From an uncultured virus (IMG/VR IMGVR_UViG_641228477_000003) (taxonomy: Duplodnaviria; Heunggongvirae; Uroviricota; Caudoviricetes), in the IMG/VR virus record IMGVR_UViG_641228477_000003, positions 1 through 64,000 of that record: a stretch of DNA of 64,000 nt. One strand, given 5' to 3'. Position numbers and translations under genes: made by a program. A model generated the notes under the pieces. The model saw nothing but the letters and a program-made list of their open reading frames with translations. It did no database searches and had not been told where the DNA came from. Each line of letters opens with the position of its first letter. The first letter of the stretch is position 1. This document shows, piece after piece, positions 48,375 to 58,448 of this stretch.

Positions 48375-49550
48375 TTATTTTGCTGTTGCTGTTGCTTTGC
48401 GAGCCGAAGCCTTTAGTGTTTCAGGCTCAGTTGGTGGCACTGTTGGTTTAGCAGTACCGACGCCAGTGATGCGAGCGTGTGCTTGTTCTTGTAAGAACTC
48501 CATAGTGTACTCACCTACAAGCATTCCTTTCATGTAGTCACCTTTCTTACCCAAGAACTCATGAGAGAATTCACGTGTAGTAAGTGGGCGGATGCTGATA
48601 CGGTTCGAATCGACGATTAAGATTTCGTCAGAACGAAGGTTGTTGTTAAGAACGATCTCAGCAGCCCCGAAGTCAGACATGTAGTGGTCAACGACTTGTC
48701 CACGTCCGTTATCTAAACGGTCTAAGCGGATTTGCGCATTACCGAATTGAGAGATAGCAACCTTCTGTGTACCACCTACGATGATTTTGAAGTTACCGCC
48801 AGAGTTCATACCGCCTTTCTCGAAGATTGAACGGAATGCGTTGATTAACATGTCATCATTTACTGACTCGCCTTCAGCTTTGATAACGTTCGTTTCGATG
48901 AATGAACGAATACCACGCATCATACGCTTGCTACCAGCTTCGTAACGAATACCGTTGATAACCGCTTTTTCTAACGCTAACGCTAGTTCTAGCTGTTTCT
49001 TTTGCTTCTCTTTCTCGTACTCGTTGTTTACGCCGTATTGAGCGACAGCCATCGCAGTACCAGTAAGTTCCACAGACTCATCGAAGATTTGCGTGATATT
49101 AGATACACGCTTACGTGGTTTGTAGCGAGAGTCACGAGCGTCTGCGCCTTCAGAACCTTCGACGAACATTACTTCGATAACGTCGCCTTCCGCAATTGCT
49201 TCGGCAGTTGTGTCCGCATATCCACGAGCAACCGTTAATTTATTACCTGCTACAGAAACAACAAGGATTAACTCGTCGCCAGCACGAACAACTTGTAATT
49301 TACGGAATGCTTCTGAATCAGCCACTTCGATTTCTGTCGCAGTAGCAGTTGCCTCTTTCGTTGCTGTAGACTCTTGAGCGAACATTTCATCTTCGAACCA
49401 AATATGCTCTACCGCCGTAACGGCTTGTCCGAATCCCACAAGAGATAACATCGGTGTTTGTAATGGATTCAATAATAGAAACTCATCTACTACGGATTCC
49501 TTCTTTCCTACTAAATCCTCGTTATAAACCTTCTCAGTAACTACTGTCAT
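48375..49550 (-). CDS. Major capsid protein (DUF5309/SU10-like)
   Basis: TPMLS, HIWFED, NITQIF, RMMRGI, GEYTME; terminator after. Confidence 0.9.
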   Translation of the reverse strand: MTVVTEKVYNEDLVGKKESVVDEFLLLNPLQTPMLSLVGFGQAVTAVEHIWFEDEMFAQESTATKEATATATEIEVADSEAFRKLQVVRAGDELILVVSVAGNKLTVARGYADTTAEAIAEGDVIEVMFVEGSEGADARDSRYKPRKRVSNITQIFDESVELTGTAMAVAQYGVNNEYEKEKQKKQLELALALEKAVINGIRYEAGSKRMMRGIRSFIETNVIKAEGESVNDDMLINAFRSIFEKGGMNSGGNFKIIVGGTQKVAISQFGNAQIRLDRLDNGRGQVVDHYMSDFGAAEIVLNNNLRSDEILIVDSNRISIRPLTTREFSHEFLGKKGDYMKGMLVGEYTMEFLQEQAHARITGVGTAKPTVPPTEPETLKASARKATATAK

Positions 49551-49631
49551 GTATGTTTCCCTCCATTATTGTAATAAGAAAAGACGCCCAAATTGAGCGC
49601 CTTGACTTTTAGCGTATTTATGTTAAGTGGA

Positions 49632-50303
49632 TTACTTCCCTAATTTGTGTTTCAGGTTAACGTAAGCGATCTTATCTTCCATACGTTGAGTACGGCGATA
49701 CTTGTCAGCTGATTCCTGTAACAACTGTTCGTCAGATTTCTCCGACTTCGGATTAGCGTGATTAGACGCTCCACCGATTTCACGTTGTTGAACTTCCTTT
49801 TCTTTAACTAAGAACGGTCGCTCTTTAACGAGTTTAGTGACGATTTCTTTGATGTCTTCGACCTTAGTTGCGTCAGTCACCTTTGCAAGTGTTTTCGCAT
49901 CTTCTAGGAACTCCGTCGGGATGTTCACTGTCAGCGCTACTTCGGCAAACTTGTCGTTAACCTCTTTCGCCTTTTGTGCTTGTTTCATCGACTCGACTTC
50001 GGCTTGCAACGTTGTTAAAGCGTCGTCCTTCGTCTTAATCGTTTCGTTAGCACGTTCCAGTTCGTCCATCTTTGCAAGTCGTGCTTCGTCTGCAATACGT
50101 TCAGCTTCTTCAGCCTTCGTCTTGAAATCGTCGAAACCTTCGTACTTACGATGTACTTGCTGTTTGGATTTTGCGATAACTGCATCAAATTCAGCTTGCG
50201 TCATACTTACTGTCTTTTCAGCGTCAATCACTTCGTCCACTTTCGTTTCTGTAACTACTTCTCCACCATCAGGCGTTTGGGTTTCTTTGATTTCTTCTGC
50301 CAT
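49632..50303 (-). CDS. Capsid scaffolding protein
   Basis: TQAEFD, acidic coiled coil, RPFL; precedes capsid gene. Confidence 0.85.
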   Translation of the reverse strand: MAEEIKETQTPDGGEVVTETKVDEVIDAEKTVSMTQAEFDAVIAKSKQQVHRKYEGFDDFKTKAEEAERIADEARLAKMDELERANETIKTKDDALTTLQAEVESMKQAQKAKEVNDKFAEVALTVNIPTEFLEDAKTLAKVTDATKVEDIKEIVTKLVKERPFLVKEKEVQQREIGGASNHANPKSEKSDEQLLQESADKYRRTQRMEDKIAYVNLKHKLGK

Positions 50304-50457
50304 TGTTTCCTCCCACCGTTTAAAGACCGTCGTCATTTAGTTTCCGACTTGTTGCGATTCGCCAGTCGTCAGCGTAGTGTGTTCCGAAAAGGTTGTATTC
50401 CTCTTCGTACTATATCGGTGGCTAATGCCCTTTTATTTGCATACAAATGTAAACTTT

Positions 50458-51411
50458 TTAAGATTTTCTTTCGTTTTCTACATTTGCAGGGTTTCGCCCA
50501 CCTGCTTCTAGTGCTTTGTCGCCAGTCTTCTGTTGCTTATCTGCTAGAGATCGCTCCCAGTTACTTAATAAACTAGCATCTCGCAATGGGATGATATGGT
50601 GCTTACAATTCGGGTGGAATATCTGACCTGACATTTTCAACTGGTCTATAGTCGGATAATTACCTTCGGCTTCGCTCGTCAGCTTCACGATTCGTCCTTG
50701 ATGATATCTACAAGCGTCTTTCGTATTTGCGTTGAAGGAAATCGTTGCGTAATACGCCCCACGTCCGATTGCTTCATTCGAACAGGCTTCACTATGTAGT
50801 TGCGTCATCTTCGTGCGAGCCAGCATTTCCGTATAATGCTCGACAGTCCATTTTCGATTTCCTCTATCTACGATTGCGACATCCACAGAATCACGTAGCT
50901 TTTTCTGCAATTCCTCGATGCGCTTCGCCATTTCCTTGCTGGTAATCTGTACTTGGTTATTCATTGCGATGTTCTCTGCGATAACCGTTGAGGACACTTT
51001 GCGAATCTCTTCTACGAAATGCTTGTTCATATTCTGCGTGATTGCTAGTACATCTTCGAAAGTGTCTTCGACCGCCTTCGTAAGTAGTAGTGCGTTTGCT
51101 TGATTGAAGCGAACGATCTTGAGCGCTTCCTCACGACTTTCTACATATTCAAGTGCGACGAGCGAATCAGCGATTCCGTCCTTCGTAGCAATTACGATAT
51201 TCTCCTTCACCCATTCGACTGCTTCCTTATCTACTTTCAGTAGTTCGGCTTGAAGGTTTCGGATGAGCGCATAAGTAGATGCTTGCGTCAGTAATCGAAC
51301 ATCTACCGCATCCAATTCTTTCTGCAATCGAAGCAATGCTTTCTTATATATAGAAACTAACCGCCCCACGTTTTTCTCGTAGGACGGCATTTTGAAATCA
51401 TTTCTACTCAT
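50458..51411 (-). CDS. Minor capsid/head morphogenesis protein
   Basis: DRGNRKW...Y..M..RT, C...QG, HPNCKH. Confidence 0.85.
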   Translation of the reverse strand: MSRNDFKMPSYEKNVGRLVSIYKKALLRLQKELDAVDVRLLTQASTYALIRNLQAELLKVDKEAVEWVKENIVIATKDGIADSLVALEYVESREEALKIVRFNQANALLLTKAVEDTFEDVLAITQNMNKHFVEEIRKVSSTVIAENIAMNNQVQITSKEMAKRIEELQKKLRDSVDVAIVDRGNRKWTVEHYTEMLARTKMTQLHSEACSNEAIGRGAYYATISFNANTKDACRYHQGRIVKLTSEAEGNYPTIDQLKMSGQIFHPNCKHHIIPLRDASLLSNWERSLADKQQKTGDKALEAGGRNPANVENERKS

Positions 51412-53029
51412 CTACTTCTTCAGTTTCCTTTTCTTCGGGCTTCTCTTCTTCGACGTCCACCTGCGCTAGTGGGTCGAACTTATTGAAGTCTTCAGGTTGT
51501 GCCAGCTTATCAGCTTCGCCATCCTTCTCCATAGCTTCGATGATTGCTTCCGCTTGTGCATCGTCAAGACCATCCATATTCTTGATTGCTGTACGAACAT
51601 CAATCGTAGGACGACCGCCTGTACGAATCTGCATAACTTCAGCGAGTTCCTTCTCGTTAGCTGGTAAACCATCACGCCATCTAATCTTTGGATATACCGC
51701 AGTATAGTGAGTGAATCCGATTTCGTTTGCGGTATTCTCAAGTAATTGAGAGATGTACAGCGAATCACGGAATGCTCGGTCAATATTCGTTCTAATTCGT
51801 TTTACTTTCGACAAGATCGGCATGAACCTCGCCTTGATTGCTGAACCGTCGGTATGTGACGTACCAGTTCCGCCAGCGTTTCCGATTGTAGTTCCGAATA
51901 ACCACTGTGGCGTTTCAGATACTTGGAAGACTAAGTTAATCAGCGTTTCTAACTGCTTGAATGCATCCGCTAACTTACCATCCCACGTCATGTATGATGG
52001 TGCGACTTCTTCCTTACGCATAGGGATGTATCGACCGCCCCATGTCATTTCGACTTGTTGTAAATCGGGTCCATATGCCGTAGGGTCGCTATGTTTCAAT
52101 AGAATGTAATCGATTTGCGTTAGACGATCATTAATGGCATAGATAAGCGATTCAATCTTTTCAGTAGACGAAATCCCATTCCAGTGCGTGTCCGTTGCTT
52201 TGTACGGAATGTGGCGAATTAGATTCATAGGAACGCCAGTCTCTACTACATCGTGGTCACGGTCTGTCGCTACTTCCTCTAAGATTTCGTATTGCTTTTG
52301 TGTAACTTTATATTCCGTGATGATTTGTGGTAATGGATTCAACTTGAATCTACGATATTGAATGAATCCTGCGAGGTGGCGTTCGACATTTAGATACGGA
52401 TGTTCTTCGCCATTCAATTCCATAACCCATTCGATTTGAGCGATATTGACCGCTTTGAACTTCTTCTTGCTTCCTCGTGCCAATTCAGGGAATACAGTCG
52501 AAGGGTCTTGTGATTCGATAATCGCTTCCATCTCGACACCTTTCGGAACGAACGGTAATTCGCTGAAGTCCTCACGGTAAGAGAAATACGTTTTGATGAA
52601 TGCATCGCCACGGATACCAGCACCTACGACCAGTTCTTGTCCAAGCGCTGACATATCGTTTTCCTCTACTATAGAAGAAAGACGTAATTGCTCAGTGGAA
52701 TCCGCATTCATTCCACTTTCAAACGATGGGTCTTCGCTGAACATTAAATCCGCTGGTTTATGAATGATAATATCTGTTAGGTTAACTGCGAGATACAACG
52801 ATTGAAGACGTTTGACGTGCGGTGTATCCTTCAATAGTTCCTGCGCTCGCTTCGGTAAGTCTCTGAAGTTACCTTCGTATAATTTGCGACCACGTTCGTA
52901 TTTTGCTAGACGTTCTAAATCGTCAGTTGGTGGGAACAGCTTCCCTTTTTCGAATAACGTATCGGATGGTCTGTACTCGTATTCGATACTGTCGTCGTGC
53001 TTTTCTCTTCTTAGTAGTTTGTTGAACAT
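51404..53029 (-). CDS. Portal protein (SPP1-like)
   Basis: 541 aa, position, IRWRDGLP, acidic tail. Confidence 0.88.
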   Translation of the reverse strand: MFNKLLRREKHDDSIEYEYRPSDTLFEKGKLFPPTDDLERLAKYERGRKLYEGNFRDLPKRAQELLKDTPHVKRLQSLYLAVNLTDIIIHKPADLMFSEDPSFESGMNADSTEQLRLSSIVEENDMSALGQELVVGAGIRGDAFIKTYFSYREDFSELPFVPKGVEMEAIIESQDPSTVFPELARGSKKKFKAVNIAQIEWVMELNGEEHPYLNVERHLAGFIQYRRFKLNPLPQIITEYKVTQKQYEILEEVATDRDHDVVETGVPMNLIRHIPYKATDTHWNGISSTEKIESLIYAINDRLTQIDYILLKHSDPTAYGPDLQQVEMTWGGRYIPMRKEEVAPSYMTWDGKLADAFKQLETLINLVFQVSETPQWLFGTTIGNAGGTGTSHTDGSAIKARFMPILSKVKRIRTNIDRAFRDSLYISQLLENTANEIGFTHYTAVYPKIRWRDGLPANEKELAEVMQIRTGGRPTIDVRTAIKNMDGLDDAQAEAIIEAMEKDGEADKLAQPEDFNKFDPLAQVDVEEEKPEEKETEEVDE

Positions 53030-53077
53030 CGAATCCCTCCTAGTATATAAAAGAAAAAGAGCGCTGAATGAGCGCCC

Positions 53078-53629
53078 TTAGATTACCTCACCTTTGTAGT
53101 AAACCTTCTCTAGTTCGTTGATGCGAACGTCGAAGTTATATGCTTCTAGTGCTTCACGAGATTCTAGGAATGCGTGACAAGACTCAGTTAGCATGATGTT
53201 CTTCGGTAAGTCCGTTTTGTCATCGAATAAGATAACAGGACGTTGAATTACGCTTGCGGCCCCTAGTTCCCAGTTCGTACCACTGTCAGTCGAGTGAACT
53301 GCGACAACGATATCACATGTTAGGATTTCTTTAACGTCGTTATTGTACGTGGCTTTTCGCCATTCAACCGAACCGAATTCGAATTGTGGATTTTGATGCT
53401 CACGTGGTGAGAATACTTGCAACCCTTTCGCTCGTAACGTCTTTTCGACGAATTCTACTCGTTCGATTTCTTCGTCATTGAAGAATGGGGATGCGAGGTA
53501 GACTTTCATTGGCTTTTTCGGTAATGGAAGTACTGTGCGAGTTACATGAGTCGTAACGATCTTGTCTGCTTCGATACTTCCTACATTGATTGCCTTTGCT
53601 TTGATAGTTCCTGTTGTGATTTTACCCAT
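53078..53629 (-). CDS. Nucleoside 2-deoxyribosyltransferase-family protein
   Basis: VYLASPFF, SP, D...CDIVVA, DSGTNWELG, NIML. Confidence 0.9.
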   Translation of the reverse strand: MGKITTGTIKAKAINVGSIEADKIVTTHVTRTVLPLPKKPMKVYLASPFFNDEEIERVEFVEKTLRAKGLQVFSPREHQNPQFEFGSVEWRKATYNNDVKEILTCDIVVAVHSTDSGTNWELGAASVIQRPVILFDDKTDLPKNIMLTESCHAFLESREALEAYNFDVRINELEKVYYKGEVI

Positions 53630-53709
53630 TGGTAAATACCTCCTAGTGTTTGTTTAATTGACCTATCCGTCCTACACTTTCATAAGGGCAGGACAGAATT
53701 TGAAAAGGT

Positions 53710-55470
53710 CTATAACCACAAAGGCTTGTCTCTCATTACTGCACGAGGTCGAGCGACATATTCGACGGACATTTGCAACGCATCGACTGAATCGACGTAA
53801 TCCCCGAATGGATATGCGTCCATCTGCTCTAGCAACGTCTTGTGGTGACGGTTGAATAGAAGAGTTTTGTTGACGCAATACGGTTCGAGAGATTCGATAC
53901 GCTGTTCCTTCGAAGACTTCTGTGCTTTGACGTCAATTACTTTCGTAGAATATAAGTGATGACGTGGTAGTTCTTCTTGTAGCTGACGATAGAATTCATG
54001 CTGTGCGTTGATAGTCTCAACGATTAGTAGATTCGGTCGGTAAGAAGAAACACGTTGAATAATACCTTGCATGAATTTATGTGGTGGCTCTTTGGTAGCG
54101 TATTCGTCCAGCACAAAAATACGCCCAGTTGCTTCATGGCGTCCAGTTGTAACTAACGCATTGTAGCAGGAGCGAGCGCTTTTACCCATTGCTATATCCC
54201 ATGCCGAACTGATAGACATATCGGCAAGGTCATATCTCTCGCCTTCATATACGCAGTAGCGTTCGTCGGTAAGGGGGTCGTGCTGAATCGTGTAATATCC
54301 GAACTGATCGGTGAAGAAGTACTTCTCATCTTCCGAGAATGCTCGGTTTCGATACTCGGAATTGAAGGTCTTCGTTCCCATATTCGCTTTACGCTCCATT
54401 AACGCCTTATAAGTCCAGCGCCATTCCCATGCGGTTTCTACGCCGTCCATCATAGCAACTTCGTTTTTATCGTAGAATGCTTCGTGTTCTTCACCATCTC
54501 CATGCAGATATAAATCGGTATATTCTTCCCACATTTGCGGATGATTCGGTTCACTTACAATCGCATCATAGAAACAGTGTTTGAAGTCACGGCGATTCAG
54601 AACGTGCGCCAATAGCCCAGTGGACGATACCATCGTGCCGACTAGGATTTGATTTGTGGTTTTAGAGCCGATTGGCATTACTACGGCGTTAAACCAGTTA
54701 ATTAACTTTTCACGTGCTTCTTTCGTTCCTTCGTTATTCGCTGATGATGGGTCATCGGTAATAACTGTAGTCGGACGTAATGCGCCATGACGCTTACCAC
54801 GTAATTGCTTCCCTGACGATGATGCTTCGACAAGCTGGTTCTCTCTCGTAATGAAAGAACTCTCGTTATCTTTCTCATTCGCCATTGGATTATCGTATAA
54901 GAGACATCCGAAGTCTTCTATTAACTTGCGATTATACTTTAATTGCTTATTACACCAGCTGACTAACTTCTTCGAAAGGTCGTCCGTTTCCGATATAATC
55001 AGAATGTATCTGTGCGATAATTGGCGGAATAATATGCCTTTTAGCGCATATGCATTCGAGAATATACCTGATTTCGAGTGACCACGAGGGGCTGCGATGC
55101 CTAAGTTCACGCCCTTACCTGCATCTACTTCGTCACATAATCCGAAGAATTCTTTATGTATTCCTGCCATTTCTTCAAGTGGTTGATGCTGTTCGCCGTC
55201 GTCTTGATTCTGAATGATGTTGTCTTCGTTATCAGGATTATGACCATCACTAAGATATTCCATCGTAAAGTATGCGTTATCCACTTCCGCACGATGTATG
55301 CGCTCTAAGCGAATTAATTCTTCCTTACTATTTAGTAATATTTCAATATGGTAGTCCGACGCATCACCTTGCTTATGTAGTTGCATAAGCGTGGCAAGGC
55401 GCTCTTTTACGAGCGCAATGCGTTCGGCACGTTCTTCACGATTGATAAACCGTTCGCCATTCCATGCCAT
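53710..55470 (-). CDS. terL: Terminase large subunit
   Basis: APRGHSKS, LRG.R, ITDD, VGT, AWDIAMG, KEQRI, YVDSVDA. Confidence 0.93.
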   Translation of the reverse strand: MAWNGERFINREERAERIALVKERLATLMQLHKQGDASDYHIEILLNSKEELIRLERIHRAEVDNAYFTMEYLSDGHNPDNEDNIIQNQDDGEQHQPLEEMAGIHKEFFGLCDEVDAGKGVNLGIAAPRGHSKSGIFSNAYALKGILFRQLSHRYILIISETDDLSKKLVSWCNKQLKYNRKLIEDFGCLLYDNPMANEKDNESSFITRENQLVEASSSGKQLRGKRHGALRPTTVITDDPSSANNEGTKEAREKLINWFNAVVMPIGSKTTNQILVGTMVSSTGLLAHVLNRRDFKHCFYDAIVSEPNHPQMWEEYTDLYLHGDGEEHEAFYDKNEVAMMDGVETAWEWRWTYKALMERKANMGTKTFNSEYRNRAFSEDEKYFFTDQFGYYTIQHDPLTDERYCVYEGERYDLADMSISSAWDIAMGKSARSCYNALVTTGRHEATGRIFVLDEYATKEPPHKFMQGIIQRVSSYRPNLLIVETINAQHEFYRQLQEELPRHHLYSTKVIDVKAQKSSKEQRIESLEPYCVNKTLLFNRHHKTLLEQMDAYPFGDYVDSVDALQMSVEYVARPRAVMRDKPLWL

Positions 55471-55481
55471 GCTTATTCCTC

Positions 55482-55904
55482 CTATTTCTTTAATAGTGCG
55501 TTGATTTCTGCGATTTCTTTCTCAAGATCGCTATTTGACTTCACGCCGTCAGCCGTATTGTCTTCGATGACTTTCTTATCAGTAAGCAAGCCGTGTCTAC
55601 GTAAGAACAGGTCGATACCTTTGATTGACGGTTGCGAACCGCTAATCGTACGCAGTAATTGACGATATACAAAATCACGCTTTTCCGATAAAAACTCGTC
55701 AGCGATCATATTCTTGTAATCGATGAATGATTTGTTTTGCGTTCTCCATTTGTATAGGCACATGCGAGTGACGCCTAATTCTTGCGCAATCTCTTCCTGT
55801 GTCTTACGTTCTCCCTCGATGTTGAGTTCGTTCTCTACCAGTAATAGAGCAGCTTCACGTTGTTTTAAGTTCAAGCGAGATTCTAATTCCTTCTTACTAG
55901 CCAT
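55482..55904 (-). CDS. terS: HTH protein, probable terminase small subunit
   Basis: TQEEIAQELGVTRMCLYKWR; directly upstream of terL. Confidence 0.75.
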   Translation of the reverse strand: MASKKELESRLNLKQREAALLLVENELNIEGERKTQEEIAQELGVTRMCLYKWRTQNKSFIDYKNMIADEFLSEKRDFVYRQLLRTISGSQPSIKGIDLFLRRHGLLTDKKVIEDNTADGVKSNSDLEKEIAEINALLKK

Positions 55905-56016
55905 GCGTATCTCTCCTTTCGGTATAATAAAAAAGTGTTGCGATTCCGTACGTTCTCATTTATACTGAATGTAACACAAACAGAAAAGAGATACATATGG
56001 AAGGTGGCAACACAAA

Positions 56017-56565
56017 ATGAATGAAGTTCAGCCAATTAGACTGAAGAAAGATATAAATAAAATGAAACGTGCCTTGCACGGTCGTGATAGATTGATGTTT
56101 GTTTTGGGAATTAATTTAGGTCTTCGTATTTCCGATTTATTACAATTGAAGGTTTCTGATTTTTATGGTGAGAATAACCGCTTCCTAAAACATGCGGTAG
56201 TTACCGAAGAGAAGACGGATAAGAATCGTAAGATGGCGATATCTGACGCAGTCAAGCGTGAAATCAAAGAAGCAGGATTCACGCAATATAGCGAAGAATA
56301 TCTATTTCCATCACGCAAAGGCGATAAGCCTATCGGACGTGTGCAAGCATACCGCATCCTAAATGCAGGGGCGGAACGTGCAGGTATTACCGAAATCGGG
56401 ACGCATACATTGCGTAAGACATTCGGATATCACGCATATAAGGCAGGTTCATCGATTCAAACGATTCAAAAACTACTGAATCATTCTAGCGAGAAGGATA
56501 CGATTAAATACATCGGTATCAATCAAGATAATCTCGACGAAGTACATTTGACACTTTCGTTGTAA
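56017..56565 (+). CDS. Short tyrosine recombinase (catalytic domain only)
   Basis: GLRISD, EKT, HTLRK, LNH, KYIG; promoter TTGCGA-N17-TATACT 55938-55966. Confidence 0.92.
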   Translation: MNEVQPIRLKKDINKMKRALHGRDRLMFVLGINLGLRISDLLQLKVSDFYGENNRFLKHAVVTEEKTDKNRKMAISDAVKREIKEAGFTQYSEEYLFPSRKGDKPIGRVQAYRILNAGAERAGITEIGTHTLRKTFGYHAYKAGSSIQTIQKLLNHSSEKDTIKYIGINQDNLDEVHLTLSL

Positions 56566-56567
56566 TA

Positions 56568-56604
56568 GAAAAAGCGCTACCCGACGTGGGTGGCGCTCTT
56601 TTTG
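56568..56604. terminator. Bidirectional terminator
   Basis: AAAAAGCGCTACCC-GACGT-GGGTGGCGCTCTTTTT. Confidence 0.8.
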
Positions 56605-56719
56605 CGTTTATTTCTCTTCATTCTATATACACGCCTGTATGCGATAGTTTTGTATACATTGTGTAAACTATTTAACGCAGATATAGATTCACGGCTTATC
56701 TGTCGGGGCATATACTGAC

Positions 56720-56792
56720 CCATGAGCGGTCTACCTATCATGGCTCAACCACTCACTAACTAGAACCAAAGAATAACTATAGCCAATATAAA
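56720..56792 (+). repeat. Copy 2 of the inverted repeat
   Basis: CCATGAGCGGTCTACCTATCATGGCTCAACCACTCACTAACTAGAACCA... Confidence 0.95.
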
Positions 56793-57059
56793 TATATTAG
56801 AGTCACTACGTTCCTCTAAGAAGATTTAACGCAGTAATATACATAATAAAGAGAGGGCGAGCCTTTAAAGATACGCTTAAACGTTATATAAAGACTGCGT
56901 AAGTATTTAAAAGAAGAAAGAAGAACGTTCTTAGTCGCCAATTTTATGCGCTGAATGTTTGCTGAAAAGTGCGCCACTCATTTTAAGGCGTCTAGAAGGC
57001 GTCAGAAGACGTTTTAATCGATAGAGATATGATAGGTCTTCGAAAGGGGCTTAGTAAGC

Positions 57060-58300
57060 GTGATTACGCTACTTGCGTAATATAATCGGTAGATATGCGC
57101 TAGGATTAATTTAAGAGGGATATCGATAGGACTTCATGTGGATTTCGGTAGGCTTCGTACAAGATCGGTAGGACTGCGTAGGATTACATGTGGATTTCGT
57201 ATAGGACTTCGTGTAGGAATAACACCCTGAGTTGAAAATTGCGTGTACTTTTCGAGGGGGTTTGCTTCAGGGGGGTTGATGGGGTGGCTTGGGGGGTGGT
57301 GGCATTTTGCGATTTGGGTGGACGGCTTGTTGAATATCGAATTCACTCGAATGAATAACGAATGAAACAGAAGGACTTTGTGTTACTTTCGACAATCTCT
57401 TTTAAACGTTGATTTAACAATCTTCTTCGCACTTTCAACGAACATTCAATTCGAATAAAGTTTTATGCATTAAAAGAAACGTTGAGTTAATAACATTCTT
57501 CTTTCGCATTCGATTCGATTAAGATGAATAAGAAGTTGCATAAAGAAAGACACACGATTCTTTTAAACCCCTTGAGTTTCGAGTCGCTTCTCCACAGAAG
57601 TTCTCAGCTGATTAAATCAATCGAAGTTCTTCACGCATTCTTCTCGCACACACAACGATACTCACACTACTATTACTATGCGTCATGCTACCGTATACCC
57701 ACGTGGCTGTATCGTATATCAGTACGCCATACTACCTATATGTTAACGTGGTACAGTCTTGCGCTGGTATCTCGAATACATTTAGCGAAACCATTTCCGA
57801 TTACATTTCCGTTGTAATCTACAGTAAACTATAACCGCTATTACTATGGCTACTATATACGTATGGTATATGCCCTATGTTATAACAGGGCATTGCGATA
57901 TGGTACTCGGCTATTGGTCATATGTACTGACGGCTTGGTATATATAGTACCGCCCTGTTATATATACAGTGTATGCGTTGGTAATATAGCGGTCATATAC
58001 AGCCCTATGATCGGTAGTATATGCGCCTTGGTATTCGTACATTTATGCGTACATTTATATAGTTTACATTGCGTCCTATTAACGCTACATTTATCGACCT
58101 ATTTATCGTATCATTTAGCTACATTTAACATATGTATATACTAATGCATAGCGTAATGATATATAAGAAATAGGAAGTATCTATCGTACATTTAGCGCCT
58201 ATTTAACGCACATTTATCGGACATTTAATCGCCTGTATATAGCGACATATTCGGTCTTCCTTAGACGACTAAAGGCGTATATATGTGTATAGTATAGCCG
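57060..58300. other. Repeat-rich non-coding region; candidate packaging (cos/pac)/genome-end region
   Basis: Upstream of terS; G-tract cluster, TAGGA(C)TT, AAACGTTGA and ACATTTA repeats; operator 57064-57080. Confidence 0.5.
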
Positions 58301-58448
58301 TATAATTTAAGTTATTTTTGGATAATATAGCAACATAAAGACACGCAAAAACACATCTGAAAAATAATTGTTGACATGTTTTACGTATCAATGTTATACT
58401 AAGTATGTGCTTGAGAGAGTACAATACATCCGAAAGGAGGTATCGAAT

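Noticed and set aside
56017..56565. Classical prophage integrase with att sites
   Set aside because: Lacks arm- and core-binding domains, and no host junction lies nearby
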